NCBI GenBank assembly: GCA_030324005.1
Contig: JARDVH010000106.1
Span: 60,635,117-60,699,116 of the forward strand
Direction: 5' to 3'
Length of the DNA stretch: 64,000 bases
Source of the DNA: Negaprion brevirostris
Lineage: Eukaryota
In this document: one piece after another, positions 53,504 through 64,000 of the stretch
How positions within the stretch are numbered: position 1 is the first letter of the stretch
Layout of the letters: each line of letters starts with the position of its first letter
Program-made: the position numbers and the translations under genes
Notes under the pieces: model-generated
Databases searched by the model: none
What the model saw: only the letters and a program-made list of their open reading frames with translations
What the model was told of the DNA's origin: nothing

Positions 53504-53795
53504 GTGGTACAATGGTTACACTGCTGCCTCACAGCGCCATGGACCTGGGTTCGATTCCTGACTTGAGTCACTGTCTGTGTGGAGTTTGCATATTCTCCCC
53601 GTGTCTGCATGGGTTTCCTCCTGGTGCTCCAGTTTCCTCTCACAGCCCAAAGGTGTGAAGGTTAGGTGAACTGGCCATGCTAAATTCACCCTCAGTGTAC
53701 CCGAACAGGTACAGGTATGGCGACTAGGGGATTTTCACAGTAACTTCATGCAGTGTGAATGTAAGTGACCAATAAATATGCTTTTACTTTACTTT
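53504..53795 (+). mobile_element. HE1-type SINE nested in Gypsy
   Basis: tggttacactgctgcctcacagcgcc..gggttcgattcc; (acttt)n tail. Confidence 0.9.
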
Positions 53796-55143
53796 GATCC
53801 TTACTTTCTCTTATACAGGATGTAAACCTTTCATATCCACCCAATAAATCAAACAGGTCACATTCTTCACCTGAAAGGCCCAGTTTTCCCTCCTTAAGCT
53901 TGTGAAAATCCTTTTCAGCATCACCTTCAGGTTCGCTAAGTGCTCTTCTTCTGAGGTGCCTGTGACCAGAATGTTGTCCAAGTATACCACCACTTTAGGT
54001 AACTCCTGAAGTATGTTCTCCATTATGCACTGAAGTTTGGCATATGCTGATGAGACCCCAGAGGACAGACAGGTATATCCATTTAAGTCCTTGTGTATTA
54101 ATCATAATATATTTTTGGGATGCTTTATCTCTGTTGGGGGTGTAGATAAGTATGGCTCATATTCAGTTTAGTCAACATCTGACCACCAGCTGGTTTGGCA
54201 TATTCTCGGCATAGGGTACCTCTCTAATTTAGAGACCGTGTTGATGGTTGAATTATGATTCTCACAAATGTGGATTTATCTGGTTTGAGGACAGGGCTGA
54301 TAGGTGTGGCCCACTCTGAAAATTATATGGGTCTTATAACGCCCAGGTCTTCAAGGCACCCAATTACAGCCTCCATTTTCTCTAATAGGGAGTACAGGAC
54401 AGATCTTACTCTGTAATATTTGAGCGTGACGTCGGGTCGATATAAACTTCGGCTTAAGCCCCTTTTACCTTCCCAAATCCTTCCTGAAAACTTCAAGGTG
54501 TCTGCTAATGGCTTCATTCAGCCCTTCCTTGCCGAGCCAAAAGAACCCCAACCAATTTAACCAATTTACTGGAGCTAATCTCTCCCTACCAGGCTTGACT
54601 CTTTCCCATGCACAACGATGAGCGGGAGTTGGGTTGATTGCTGTCCATTGGACACTAGAGTCATTGTAATACCCTTTATCCTGAGTGGTTCACCAGTGTA
54701 GGTGGTTGGTACGGCCCTTGTGTTCTCCAGTTTCAAACCTGAATATTGGTTTGGGGATAGTTCTATGATTGCTCCCCAATAATGGAACCTGTGGCTCCTG
54801 TGTCCACCTCTATTTTCAACGTGTCCATTTGACAACAGTTCTATCTTTATTGGGGACACCCTGGTCATAATAATGCGATTTAGTTGCATCGCTTCTTGCT
54901 TTGGCATTAGATGTACCTCCACAGCCTCCTTCTGGAACAATATTTTGTCTAGTCCTGCAAATGTGCCTTGGCTGAGTCACCTGGCTGTGCCTACAACAGT
55001 CTGGCTTTTGGCACTTAAAACCTTCCAGAGGATGGAATCATTGTATTGTCCTTGACGGCCAAGTGACACGAACTGGGCCTCAATTTTGAAGCAGGAGGCC
55101 TGAAATCTTACTTCTGCAGTGGAGGGATGGTTACTAATCACTC

Positions 55144-55446
55144 ATAGTTCCTCTCCCTATCATAGAATCCCTGCAGTGCAGGAGGCCTTTCAGCCCATTG
55201 AACCTACACTGATCATAATCCCACTCAGGTCCTATTCCCGTAACCCCACACATTTTCCTGCTAATCCCTGGACACGAGGGTCAATTTATCATGGGCAATC
55301 AACCTAATCCATACATCTTTGAACTGTGGGAGGAAACCCACGCAGACATGGGGAGAATATGCAAACTCCAGACAGTCACCCGAAGCCAGAATTGAACCCG
55401 GGTCCCTGGTGCTGTGAGGCAGCAATGCTAACCACTGTGCCACCAT
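55144..55446 (-). mobile_element. HE1-type SINE with CR1-type tail nested in Gypsy
   Basis: rc atggtggcacagtggttagcattgctgcctcacagcaccagggacccgggttcaattc. Confidence 0.88.
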
Positions 55447-55981
55447 AATTTCTATCCGAGGAACATCTCCTTCAGAGTTCCTGAGTCCCTTTCTTTTACT
55501 TTATAGTGACAAGGCTATTTCAATTGCTCTTTTTAAATCCATGTTAGGTTCTGCCAAAATTTGTTTTTGGATTATCAGGTTGTTCATTCCACACACTAAT
55601 CTGTCTATCAACATTTCATTCAGAGATGACCCAAATTCACAATGTTCAGTCTGTTTCTGCAATCTGACCAAATATTCCGTAACGGGCTGCCTGGGGTTCT
55701 CCCTGTTGCAATAAGAGTACTTTCGTGCATCGTGGTTTTTAATGAAAAGTCTTCAAATCAGAGGTAGGGCTTTTGATTAGGTTAAACATTGGGGCCCACT
55801 TGCTGTGAGCAAAATTACTTTCCTTCATCTCCTTCAATATTGTTTGCCTAGAAGTAGTAGCGCATGCACTCTCGGTACTGAGCCTAGTCTTGTCCATTCA
55901 TGTCAGAGGGTTTGAGTTTACTGAATAAAGGCATTTTTTCTTACCTGGAAGGAAGCACTGCTTTCTGCTCAATGATAGATT

Positions 55982-56114
55982 CATGATGTGGATATGCCGG
56001 CGTTGGACTGTGGTAAACACAGTAAAAAGTCATTCACCTGACAAAGGGACAAACCCCGAAAGCTTGTGAGTTTACTATCAAGTAAATCGGTTGGACTTAA
56101 ACCTGGTGTTTTTA
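55982..56114 (+). mobile_element. 133-bp Penelope-derived insertion with mutated hammerhead motif
   Basis: Perfect 12-bp TSD caatgatagatt (55970-55981, 56115-56126); attcac CTGACAA..GAAA gctt gtgagt. Confidence 0.8.
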
Positions 56115-56166
56115 CAATGATAGATTACCAGGAGCAGGAAAAAAACTTGTTCACCTCTGTCGCCAA

Positions 56167-56421
56167 TGTAATAATCTTGCCAAGGCCAGTCCTCTGGTAC
56201 AATGGTGCTTTATTGAAATAAAGGAAAGGGCCCCGTCGCAACTTACAACAACTGTGGACATACAATAACCACAATCCAGGCTGTGAACACAAGTTTTAAA
56301 CTCTCACCGCACATCTTTCACTGGGCAAGTTCCCAATCACTCAATAGGAAAACTCATATTTCACAAAGCCCTACAGAAGATCTGTTAATAATGTCCCACG
56401 TCCTTTGTGGCCACTATAGCA
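56167..56421 (-). repeat. Gypsy 5' LTR
   Basis: TGTAATA...TATAGCA; homologous to 50728-50984. Confidence 0.88.
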
Positions 56422-56426
56422 GTATG

Positions 56427-56635
56427 TTGATTGAAATCCATTTCACAAGATAGCAGAAGCAGAATGAAATATGCCTTGCGCATTTTAAAGGTTCGTATTG
56501 CAGTGGCAGTGTAAAAGGCAGTCAGCAGCACCACCTTGTGGCAGAAGAATTTGTGGTAAGTTTCCCGAGAGCCAGTCTGCAAGGTATCTCTCTTGGTCTA
56601 TCGGCCAGAGCTGATTGAAATATTTCCCATGTAGT
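56427..56635 (-). pseudogene. Disrupted exon remnant, N-terminal region of RGSL1/RGS22-like gene
   Basis: ttagtttaag acceptor; LHGKYFNQLWPIDQERYLADWLSGNLPQIL, compare recalled RGS22 DREQGIQWIKKERLPAFL. Confidence 0.4.
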
Positions 56636-57296
56636 CTTAAACTAAACATTTACTGGATGTGTGTGGTTTTGGCAGAGTGAATGGCATGTGGAATAGGCGG
56701 ACTAGGGCTGAAGTTGGACAATGGATTCAACTCCTAGCATCTACTAGCCTGTTTAATGCAAAAGATTGTTTCACTATAATGGGCAAGTACTTAGCTAAAT
56801 CCTGTGTCATTGCAAACGTGCTCATGGTCTTTTGCATGGTCAATATCATTTAGATCAGCTTAATGTTAGAGCATGGTTAACACAAGTGTAGGTGGAAGAC
56901 CTTTTGACCCCACAGCCCCTCCAGCAGTCATATGATACAGAGGGGTGACATTTGTCAAGCCTTTATGTCAATGGTGGGCAACCTGCAGCTGGGGGCCACA
57001 GGTGGCTCATTAGGGTTCTGAGAGTGGACCACAAAACATTTTGTATGATTGTTGCCCATGTGCAGGGTTGTCACATCTCACTGTTTTTTGTCCACATAGT
57101 TTTATTCCCTGCTGGTGTGACTAAAGTGATGCACACATAAAGCAAGGCAAGTGAAGTAAGGTGCATGCTGACTAAACAATTGACAGTAAGAGGTATATGC
57201 TCCCTCTGCATCCAATCAAAACATAACTATTTATTTTGTTTTTACAATTTGAAGTTGATAGTTCTATTAATATTAGAATGTTTGAACATTTTGCAC

Positions 57297-57595
57297 AGCG
57301 GCACAATGGTTAGCACTGCTGCCTCACAGCGCCAGGGACCCAGGTTTGATTCCCAGCTTGGGCCGCTGTCTGTGTGGAGTTTGCATGTTCTCCCGGTTTC
57401 TGCATGGGTTTTCTCCAGATGCTCCAGTTTCCCACAATCCAAAGATGTGTAGGTTAGGTGGATTGGCCATGTTAAATTCTCCCTCGGTGTACCCGAACAG
57501 GCGCCGGAATGTGGTGACTAGGGGATTTTCCCAGTAACTTCTCGCAGTGTGAATGTAAGCCTACTTGTAACTAATAAATGAACTTCGAACTTTAA
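57297..57595 (+). mobile_element. HE1-type SINE, full length
   Basis: gcggcacaatggttagcactgctgcctcacagcgccagggacccaggtttgattccc...ctaataaa. Confidence 0.92.
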
Positions 57596-58644
57596 CTCAT
57601 TATGAACTTTTCAGCATGAATTCAATCTTATTCATTGGGTTACGGTTAGCCAACATACCAAATTTCAAACTTGTGTTTCACTCAGATGACAGAGGGCTAT
57701 ACATGTGTTCCACACACCAACCTAGGGTGCCTATCAGTGTTGGATGGTGTGTGCTATGTGCAGTATATGATTTTGGTGCATGCTTTTCTTGCATTTTATT
57801 GCAGCAATTAGTTTTGCATTTCAGCATTTGTCCACCCGAACAGGTTTGCTGAGGCAATTATCTAGGTTAAAGTAGTACTGGGCAGTATCTTGACACGCAG
57901 CAAATGAATGATTAGAGAAGGCATGGGAACTATTCATTTTCATTGTGTTCAAGACCAATAGACTTTTATTTAAGGCAACGCACACTTAGAGCAAATGCTG
58001 AAAAATGATCCTGGAATGCAGACATTTCCTAACCCTGAAGTCTCTATTACCAAGGCAAACAAGTGCCACAATCTGAAATTTCAAAACTATATTTCACAAA
58101 ATTCACTGGGAGAACTTTATGTCAATTTTCTATTCCAATTCTCTGGAAGGAAATGCAAGCAAAACAAAAGATTTGACAAAAATATTAGTTATCTCAATGC
58201 TGAATCAGCCTATTGTGTCTGACTTTTTTATATATTTGTTTTTAATTAACAATATATGTATGTAATGAAGAAATGACAAACACCAACTAAGATAACACTA
58301 ATGCCTAAATCAAAGACAAAAAGCACTCAAAGGTAGACATGACAAGTACAAGCACACAGGGGAAGCTAGCCATTCCATGTTTCAGCCATGTGGCTATTCT
58401 TCCTGACGGGATTCTTCTTGTCAGAGAACACCAGCAGTCATGGGCATTTAGTCTCTGATCTTCGGTAAGCGCTCTCCAAGGCAGCCGTCACAACACACGA
58501 CAATGCAGAGTCACTGGGCAGAGACTGATAGCCAAGTTCCACACACGAGGACGGCCTCAACCGGGATCTTGGGTTCATGTCACACATGTCACGACTTGCC
58601 TGGGCTTGCAAAATCTCACTAACTGTCCTGGCTGGAGACAACAC

Positions 58645-58897
58645 ACAGTTCTTTAAGCTGTGCTTAACCCTCTCTCCACTCACATTGTCTGTACCTTTAA
58701 GACTGGATTACCTGTGAAGACTCGTATTCCAATCATTATCTTGTAAATTGAGTTTGTGAACGTAACTTCTCACTCACCTGAAGAAGGAGTAACACTCCGA
58801 AAGCTTGAGCTACCAAATAAACCTGTTGGACTTTAACCTGGTGTTGTGAGACTTCTTACTGCGCCTATCCCAGTCCATTGTTGGCATCTCCGCATCA
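58645..58897 (+). mobile_element. Penelope-like element 3' end (pseudo-LTR) with hammerhead-like motif
   Basis: ctcac CTGAAGA a ggagt-aac-actcc GAAA gctt..caaataaacctgttggactttaacctggtgttgtgagacttcttact. Confidence 0.75.
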
Positions 58898-59413
58898 AGG
58901 CTATTTTTGCTGCCAGAACAGCTTCCATCTTCAAAATACCAGNNNNNNNNNNNNNNNNNNNNNNNNNNNNNNNNNNNNNNNNNNNNNNNNNNNNNNNNNN
59001 NNNNNNNNNNNNNNNNNNNNNNNNNNNNNNNNNNNNNNNNNNNNNNNNNNNNNNNNNNNNNNNNNNNNNNNNNNNNNNNNNNNNNNNNNNNNNNNNNNNN
59101 NNNNNNNNNNNNNNNNNNNNNNNNNNNNNNNNNNNNNNNNNNNNNNNNNNNNNNNNNNNNNNNNNNNNNNNNNNNNNNNNNNNNNNNNNNNNNNNNNNNN
59201 NNNNNNNNNNNNNNNNNNNNNNNNNNNNNNNNNNNNNNNNNNNNNNNNNNNNNNNNNNNNNNNNNNNNNNNNNNNNNNNNNNNNNNNNNNNNNNNNNNNN
59301 NNNNNNNNNNNNNNNNNNNNNNNNNNNNNNNNNNNNNNNNNNNNNNNNNNNNNNNNNNNNNNNNNNNNNNNNNNNNNNTCAGGTGAATAGAGAGTTCTCC
59401 ATCAGAACTCTCC

Positions 59414-59456
59414 ATTCACCTGACGAAGAGGGTGTCCCCCTCGAAAGCTTGTGAGT
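59414..59456 (+). ncRNA. Minimal type I hammerhead ribozyme motif in a Penelope-like element end (59379-59510)
   Basis: Helix I attcac/gtgagt; core CTGACGA; helix II gaggg/ccctc; GAAA; palindromic AAGCTT helix III; predicted CUU cleavage triplet. Confidence 0.7.
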
Positions 59457-60049
59457 TTACTATCAAATAAATCGGTTGGACTAAAACCTGGTGTTGTCAG
59501 ACTTTTTATTGCTGGAAACCAAACGGGCAGAAAGGCGAAACAAATGTATGCAGATCCGGGGGAAGCAAGCACCTGTGTGGGCAATGTCCCATCATAGTGT
59601 AGTGCAGATGCTGCCAGCCTTGAGAGTTTTCTCGTCTCTCAAGCCAACAGTTGCAACTGACTGAGCCTTGATCCACAGACTTGAGCACCAGCTAAGGTGG
59701 TACTCCAATATAGGACAATGTTGAGGGCTATTTAAAAAAAATGGGTTGTGAGCATCGCCAACAAGCACCCCTGAAGATGGTGGTGATCCCTTTTAAACCA
59801 CTGGGCTCCATCTGATGTAGGTACACCCCCCAAAGTATTCGTAGGCCAGGAGTGCTAGGATTTTGACACAACAACAGTGCAACATTGAGTTTCTTTCTTT
59901 CGGATGTGATGCTAAGCTGAGGTGCCAACTACTCCTTAGGCAGCCTATTGATGGTGATCTGATCGTGTGAGTGACTGGCCTACCTGTGCTTTTCAGCACC
60001 ACTGGGCATCTCAGTGCTTTACAACTAACTGAGTACATTTTACATAAGA

Positions 60050-60680
60050 TCATAAGAAATAGGAGCAGGAGTAGGCCATCTAGCCCTTCGAGCCTGCCCC
60101 NNNNNNNNNNNNNNNNNNNNNNNNNNNNNNNNNNNNNNNNNNNNNNNNNNNNNNNNNNNNNNNNNNNNNNNNNNNNNNNNNNNNNNNNNNNNNNNNNNNN
60201 NNNNNNNNNNNNNNNNNNNNNNNNNNNNNNNNNNNNNNNNNNNNNNNNNNNNNNNNNNNNNNNNNNNNNNNNNNNNNNNNNNNNNNNNNNNNNNNNNNNN
60301 NNNNNNNNNNNNNNNNNNNNNNNNNNNNNNNNNNNNNNNNNNNNNNNNNNNNNNNNNNNNNNNNNNNNNNNNNNNNNNNNNNNNNNNNNNNNNNNNNNNN
60401 NNNNNNNNNNNNNNNNNNNNNNNNNNNNNNNNNNNNNNNNNNNNNNNNNNNNNNNNNNNNNNNNNNNNNNNNNNNNNNNNNNNNNNNNNNNNNNNNNNNN
60501 NNNNNNNNNNNNNNNNNNNNNNNNNNNNNNNNNNNNNNNNNNNNNNNNNNNNNNNNNNNNNNNNNNNNNNNNNNNNNNNNNNNNNNNNNTCCAGCGACGT
60601 CTGGAAAATAACCACCAAGGCATCCACTATCACCTCCGCCATTTCTTTCAGAACCCTCGGATGCATCCCATCCGGGGTTT
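60050..60680 (-). mobile_element. CR1 LINE (mostly gap)
   Basis: PDGMHPRVLKEMAEVIVDALVVIFQ; tail cataagaaataggagcagg. Confidence 0.85.
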
Positions 60681-60699
60681 TGAATGTTAGAAACAAATA

Positions 60700-61035
60700 A
60701 TGTTGGAAAGAAAGCAGCTAATGCACACAGGAAACTCTCTCAAACTGCAGCATGATAATCAGTGGATAATTTTTTTTGTATGATGTTGATTGAGGGATAA
60801 ATATTATCCAGGACCCAAGGATAACCTCCTTGCTGTTCTTTAAGATAATGCCATGGAATCTTGCAATTATATCCACCCAAAGGTGGTTGTTGGTTCATGG
60901 TCTCATCTGAAAGTGCCACCTCTGACCAGTGCAGTATTGTCTTTAGCACTGTAGTTGAGTGCCAACTTGGATTTTGGATTGGGACTTCAACCCACAGCCT
61001 TGTGACTCAGTCAAGAATCTCCCAGCAGAGCCATG
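60700..61035 (-). mobile_element. Deu-domain/SacSINE1-like SINE
   Basis: gttgattgagggataaatatt..gccatggaatctt..gtctcatctgaaag..acttcaacccacagccttgtgactcag. Confidence 0.65.
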
Positions 61036-61049
61036 GCTGATTGTCAATG

Positions 61050-61142
61050 GCATTATTGTATAAGGAAAGTTGACAAACACAATGTATGTGCAGTCCTCCA
61101 GGATTGCAATGGAGACTTCAGAGTTTGAACTCCAGGATACGA
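61050..61142 (-). pseudogene. Probable N-terminal exon remnant of RGSL1/RGS22-like gene
   Basis: attttcttgcag acceptor; VSIAILEDCTYIVFVN then FLI after a 2-nt shift; compare recalled human RGSL1 LIILLEDEVFADFFNTFLSLP. Confidence 0.45.
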
Positions 61143-61399
61143 CTGCAAGAAAATCCCAACTATGAGCTCTAATATGTCTGAGCACATTCCATTACTTGGT
61201 AGACACTTACAAATATCACCTATTAAATTAATTTCAATGGGACTTTTTTCATTGACTGGAAATGTGTTATGTGATTTGGTACAACTTGAGTTAATGTAAA
61301 GAAGATCACCTTCAAAGTATGTCGTCTTTATCTAAATATTACTAACAGTCGATAAGCCATTTGGTTCATTTGTTAGGTGTGTTCAGGAGGGTTTCTTGA

Positions 61400-62460
61400 C
61401 ACAGCATGTGGATAAGCCTACAACCAGGAAACTGCAAGCCAGTCAGCCAAATAATGAGAGTGGGGAAATTATTGGAAAACGTTATTGCGGACAAAATAAA
61501 GTTTCTTTTGAAAGGCATGGGTTAATCTAGCAGTAGTATTGCATATTTGCTAAAAAAAAGTATGAGTGAATTTTGAGGTAAAAGGATGATCAAGGTAGCA
61601 CAGTTGATGGTGTACACATGGATTTTTGTTGGTAGTCAACAAAGTGTCACAGATGAGGCTTAGTGGGAAGATCGAAATCCATAAATTTAAAGGGCAAATG
61701 ACAATTATGAAAATAACTGACAGGTTTTGTAAATGATGTAGACTTGAGCTTTGGGAGCGGCGTTACTAACTTTGCAGATGATAGGAAACTTGACAAAGTA
61801 ATATGTCGTGATGAGGACAGCTGTAGGTTTCAGAATGGTGAAATGGCCAGAAACACGGATGATGGAATTCAGGGCAAAGAAGTTTAAAGTTATGCATGTT
61901 GGAAAGACAAATATCGGACAGTTTATTATCAATGACAATTTTGAAAAGTGTCAATGAGCAAGGGGTCTTGATGTCCATATGCACAATAGTGGCAGGATTG
62001 CTCAAGTTAGAGACATATGGGTTTATAAATGGGGGTAGGCCTCAGCTGGAAAATTGTGGACAACTCTCAGCGCCACACTTCAGGAAAGATGCAAATATAT
62101 TTGAACAGTTACAGTGCAGGTTTGTAGGATATCATTAATGATGGGGAATGGCAGTTAGAAGGAGAGGTTAAAAAAGTTAGAACTATTTTCCTTGGGACAG
62201 GGAAAGATGCAATCTAATAGGGATTTACAAAATGATTGGTTTTGAAAGAGGTGATAGAGTAAAACAAAATTGCTCTGATAAATTCAAAGTAATGGGTACA
62301 AATTGGAAAAGGTCTTGGAGGGGTGGGCGGGTGCAGGTGATAAATATTTTCACTGAGTTTTTATGGTCAGTAGTACTTTCCTGAATAGGTGATGGAGTTT
62401 GATTCAATAAATTTTGAAAAGAAACCGGACAGGTAGCTGAGGAGCTTTGCGAGATTCTGG
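61400..62460 (+). mobile_element. Old CR1 LINE remnant
   Basis: TNFADDRKL..RPQLENCGQLSAPHFRKD.. Confidence 0.7.
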
Positions 62461-63279
62461 ACNNNNNNNNNNNNNNNNNNNNNNNNNNNNNNNNNNNNNN
62501 NNNNNNNNNNNNNNNNNNNNNNNNNNNNNNNNNNNNNNNNNNNNNNNNNNNNNNNNNNNNNNNNNNNNNNNNNNNNNNNNNNNNNNNNNNNNNNNNNNNN
62601 NNNNNNNNNNNNNNNNNNNNNNNNNNNNNNNNNNNNNNNNNNNNNNNNNNNNNNNNNNNNNNNNNNNNNNNNNNNNNNNNNNNNNNNNNNNNNNNNNNNN
62701 NNNNNNNNNNNNNNNNNNNNNNNNNNNNNNNNNNNNNNNNNNNNNNNNNNNNNNNNNNNNNNNNNNNNNNNNNNNNNNNNNNNNNNNNNNNNNNNNNNNN
62801 NNNNNNNNNNNNNNNNNNNNNNNNNNNNNNNNNNNNNNNNNNNNNNNNNNNNNNNNNNNNNNNNNNNNNNNNNNNNNNNNNNNNNNNNNNNNNNNNNNNN
62901 NNNNNNNNNNNNNNNNNNNNNNNNNNNNNNNNNNNNNNNNNNNNNNNNNNNNNNNNNNNNNNNNNNNNNNNNNNNNNNNNNNNNNNNNNNNNNNNNNNNN
63001 NNNNNNNNNNNNNNNNNNNNNNNNNNNNNNNNNNNNNNNNNNNNNNNNNNNNNNNNNNNNNNNNNNNNNNNNNNNNNNNNNNNNNNNNNNNNNNNNNNNN
63101 NNNNNNNNNNNNNNNNNNNNNNNNNNNNNNNNNNNNNNNNNNNNNNNNNNNNNNNNNNNNNNNNNNNNNNNNNNNNNNNNNNNNNNNNNNNNNNNNNNNN
63201 NNNNNNNNNNNNNNNNTTATCTTGAGGCTGTGCCCCCTAGTCCTAGTCCCAGGTTATTTGATGTAGATGAAAACAAAAT

Positions 63280-63830
63280 CCAATTCTCACCCAATAGCCA
63301 AGACCACTGCAATATTTCACTCAGGATGTCCATGCATTTAATTTTTTTAATCCAAGTTTTCTCCAGCGCTGTATTGTATATTGGATTCTGTTGATTTTAA
63401 TTTAGTCTCTTGTGTAAAATTTTGTCAGATGCTTTCTGGAAGTTCAAGTAAAAGAAATCATAAGGATTTCTACCCTTTTGTGCTTATAACCTCTTAAATG
63501 GGAGGTTTTTTGAGTAGAATCAGTTCCTCCAAACTTCATGGTGAATATTACTCGTAAGCTTTTACTATAAAGGTGTTAATCCAGCCAGCTTGGTGCAATT
63601 TCATTATTTTACCCAGTATTAGCGTGAGGGTAATGGATCTCTAGTACCTGTCTCTGATTTCCCTTTTGTAAAAGTATGGATCCAATTTTTATTTGCTTGC
63701 AATCCTTCAGACTTTTCAAGTAACCAATTAATCTTCCACTATTTCTCAACCAGTACCTCACTGATTTCTCCTCCAGTCTACCTCCTAGAATGTATACCAT
63801 CTGGCCCAGGTTACAGGTGGAAACTATCAA
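63280..63830 (-). mobile_element. Old CR1 LINE remnant
   Basis: rc cttgaacttccagaaagcatctgacaaa (LDFQKAFDK-like); cctgggccagatggtatacattctagg (PGPDGIHPR-like). Confidence 0.6.
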
Positions 63831-64000
63831 CGTAGCTTTATAGCCTTAGTTGTATGTGTTTGTGCACAAATGCTGGCCCTGAGCATCGATGACCAGTTCA
63901 GTTCGGCATCCATTTGAAGTATGTGAATTCTGTTGCTCCAAGCAAATGAACAGTTACTAATGCTGGAGATTAGTTACTTGCCCCACCAAAACCAAAAGCC

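Larger units (their letters stand above)
50728..56421 (-). mobile_element. Full-length degenerate Gypsy LTR retrotransposon (Mag-like gag-pol)
   Basis: Paired LTRs; TSD gtacg/gtatg; PBS-like TGGCGAC next to the 5' LTR; gag MPLFSKL..; protease-region TYTGEPLRIKG..SLVGRD; RT VVVYLDNILVTG; integrase C-terminus GPVCYNVKV. Confidence 0.9.

Noticed and set aside
57297-57360. tRNA gene
   Set aside because: The A and B boxes belong to the SINE head; no complete cloverleaf
1-64000. CRISPR array, operon or prokaryotic defence system
   Set aside because: No regularly spaced repeats or dense ORFs; the sequence is repeat-rich vertebrate DNA

Overview
Vertebrate genomic DNA from a draft assembly with many N gaps. 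The repeat complement (HE1-type tRNA SINEs, CR1 LINEs, Penelope ends) points to a cartilaginous fish, most likely a shark. No prokaryotic features and no intact long ORF. Much of the window is decayed transposable elements: CR1, L2, Rex1 and Tx1-like LINEs, HE1 and Deu-type SINEs, Harbinger-like MITEs plus a Myb/SANT remnant, solo LTRs, and one complete but dead Gypsy element (50728-56421) carrying four nested insertions. Between the repeats, the minus strand holds splice-flanked exon remnants from about 61.1 kb down to 1.0 kb that resemble a multi-RGS-domain RGSL1/RGS22-like gene. Four consecutive exons are still open and in phase; the others carry stops and frameshifts, suggesting a pseudogene about 60 kb long. 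Also notable: a SINE-like element headed by two U2 snRNA fragments, Penelope-associated minimal hammerhead ribozyme motifs, and two ~125-bp inverted repeat pairs. All family assignments were made by eye from recalled consensus sequences; no database search was run.
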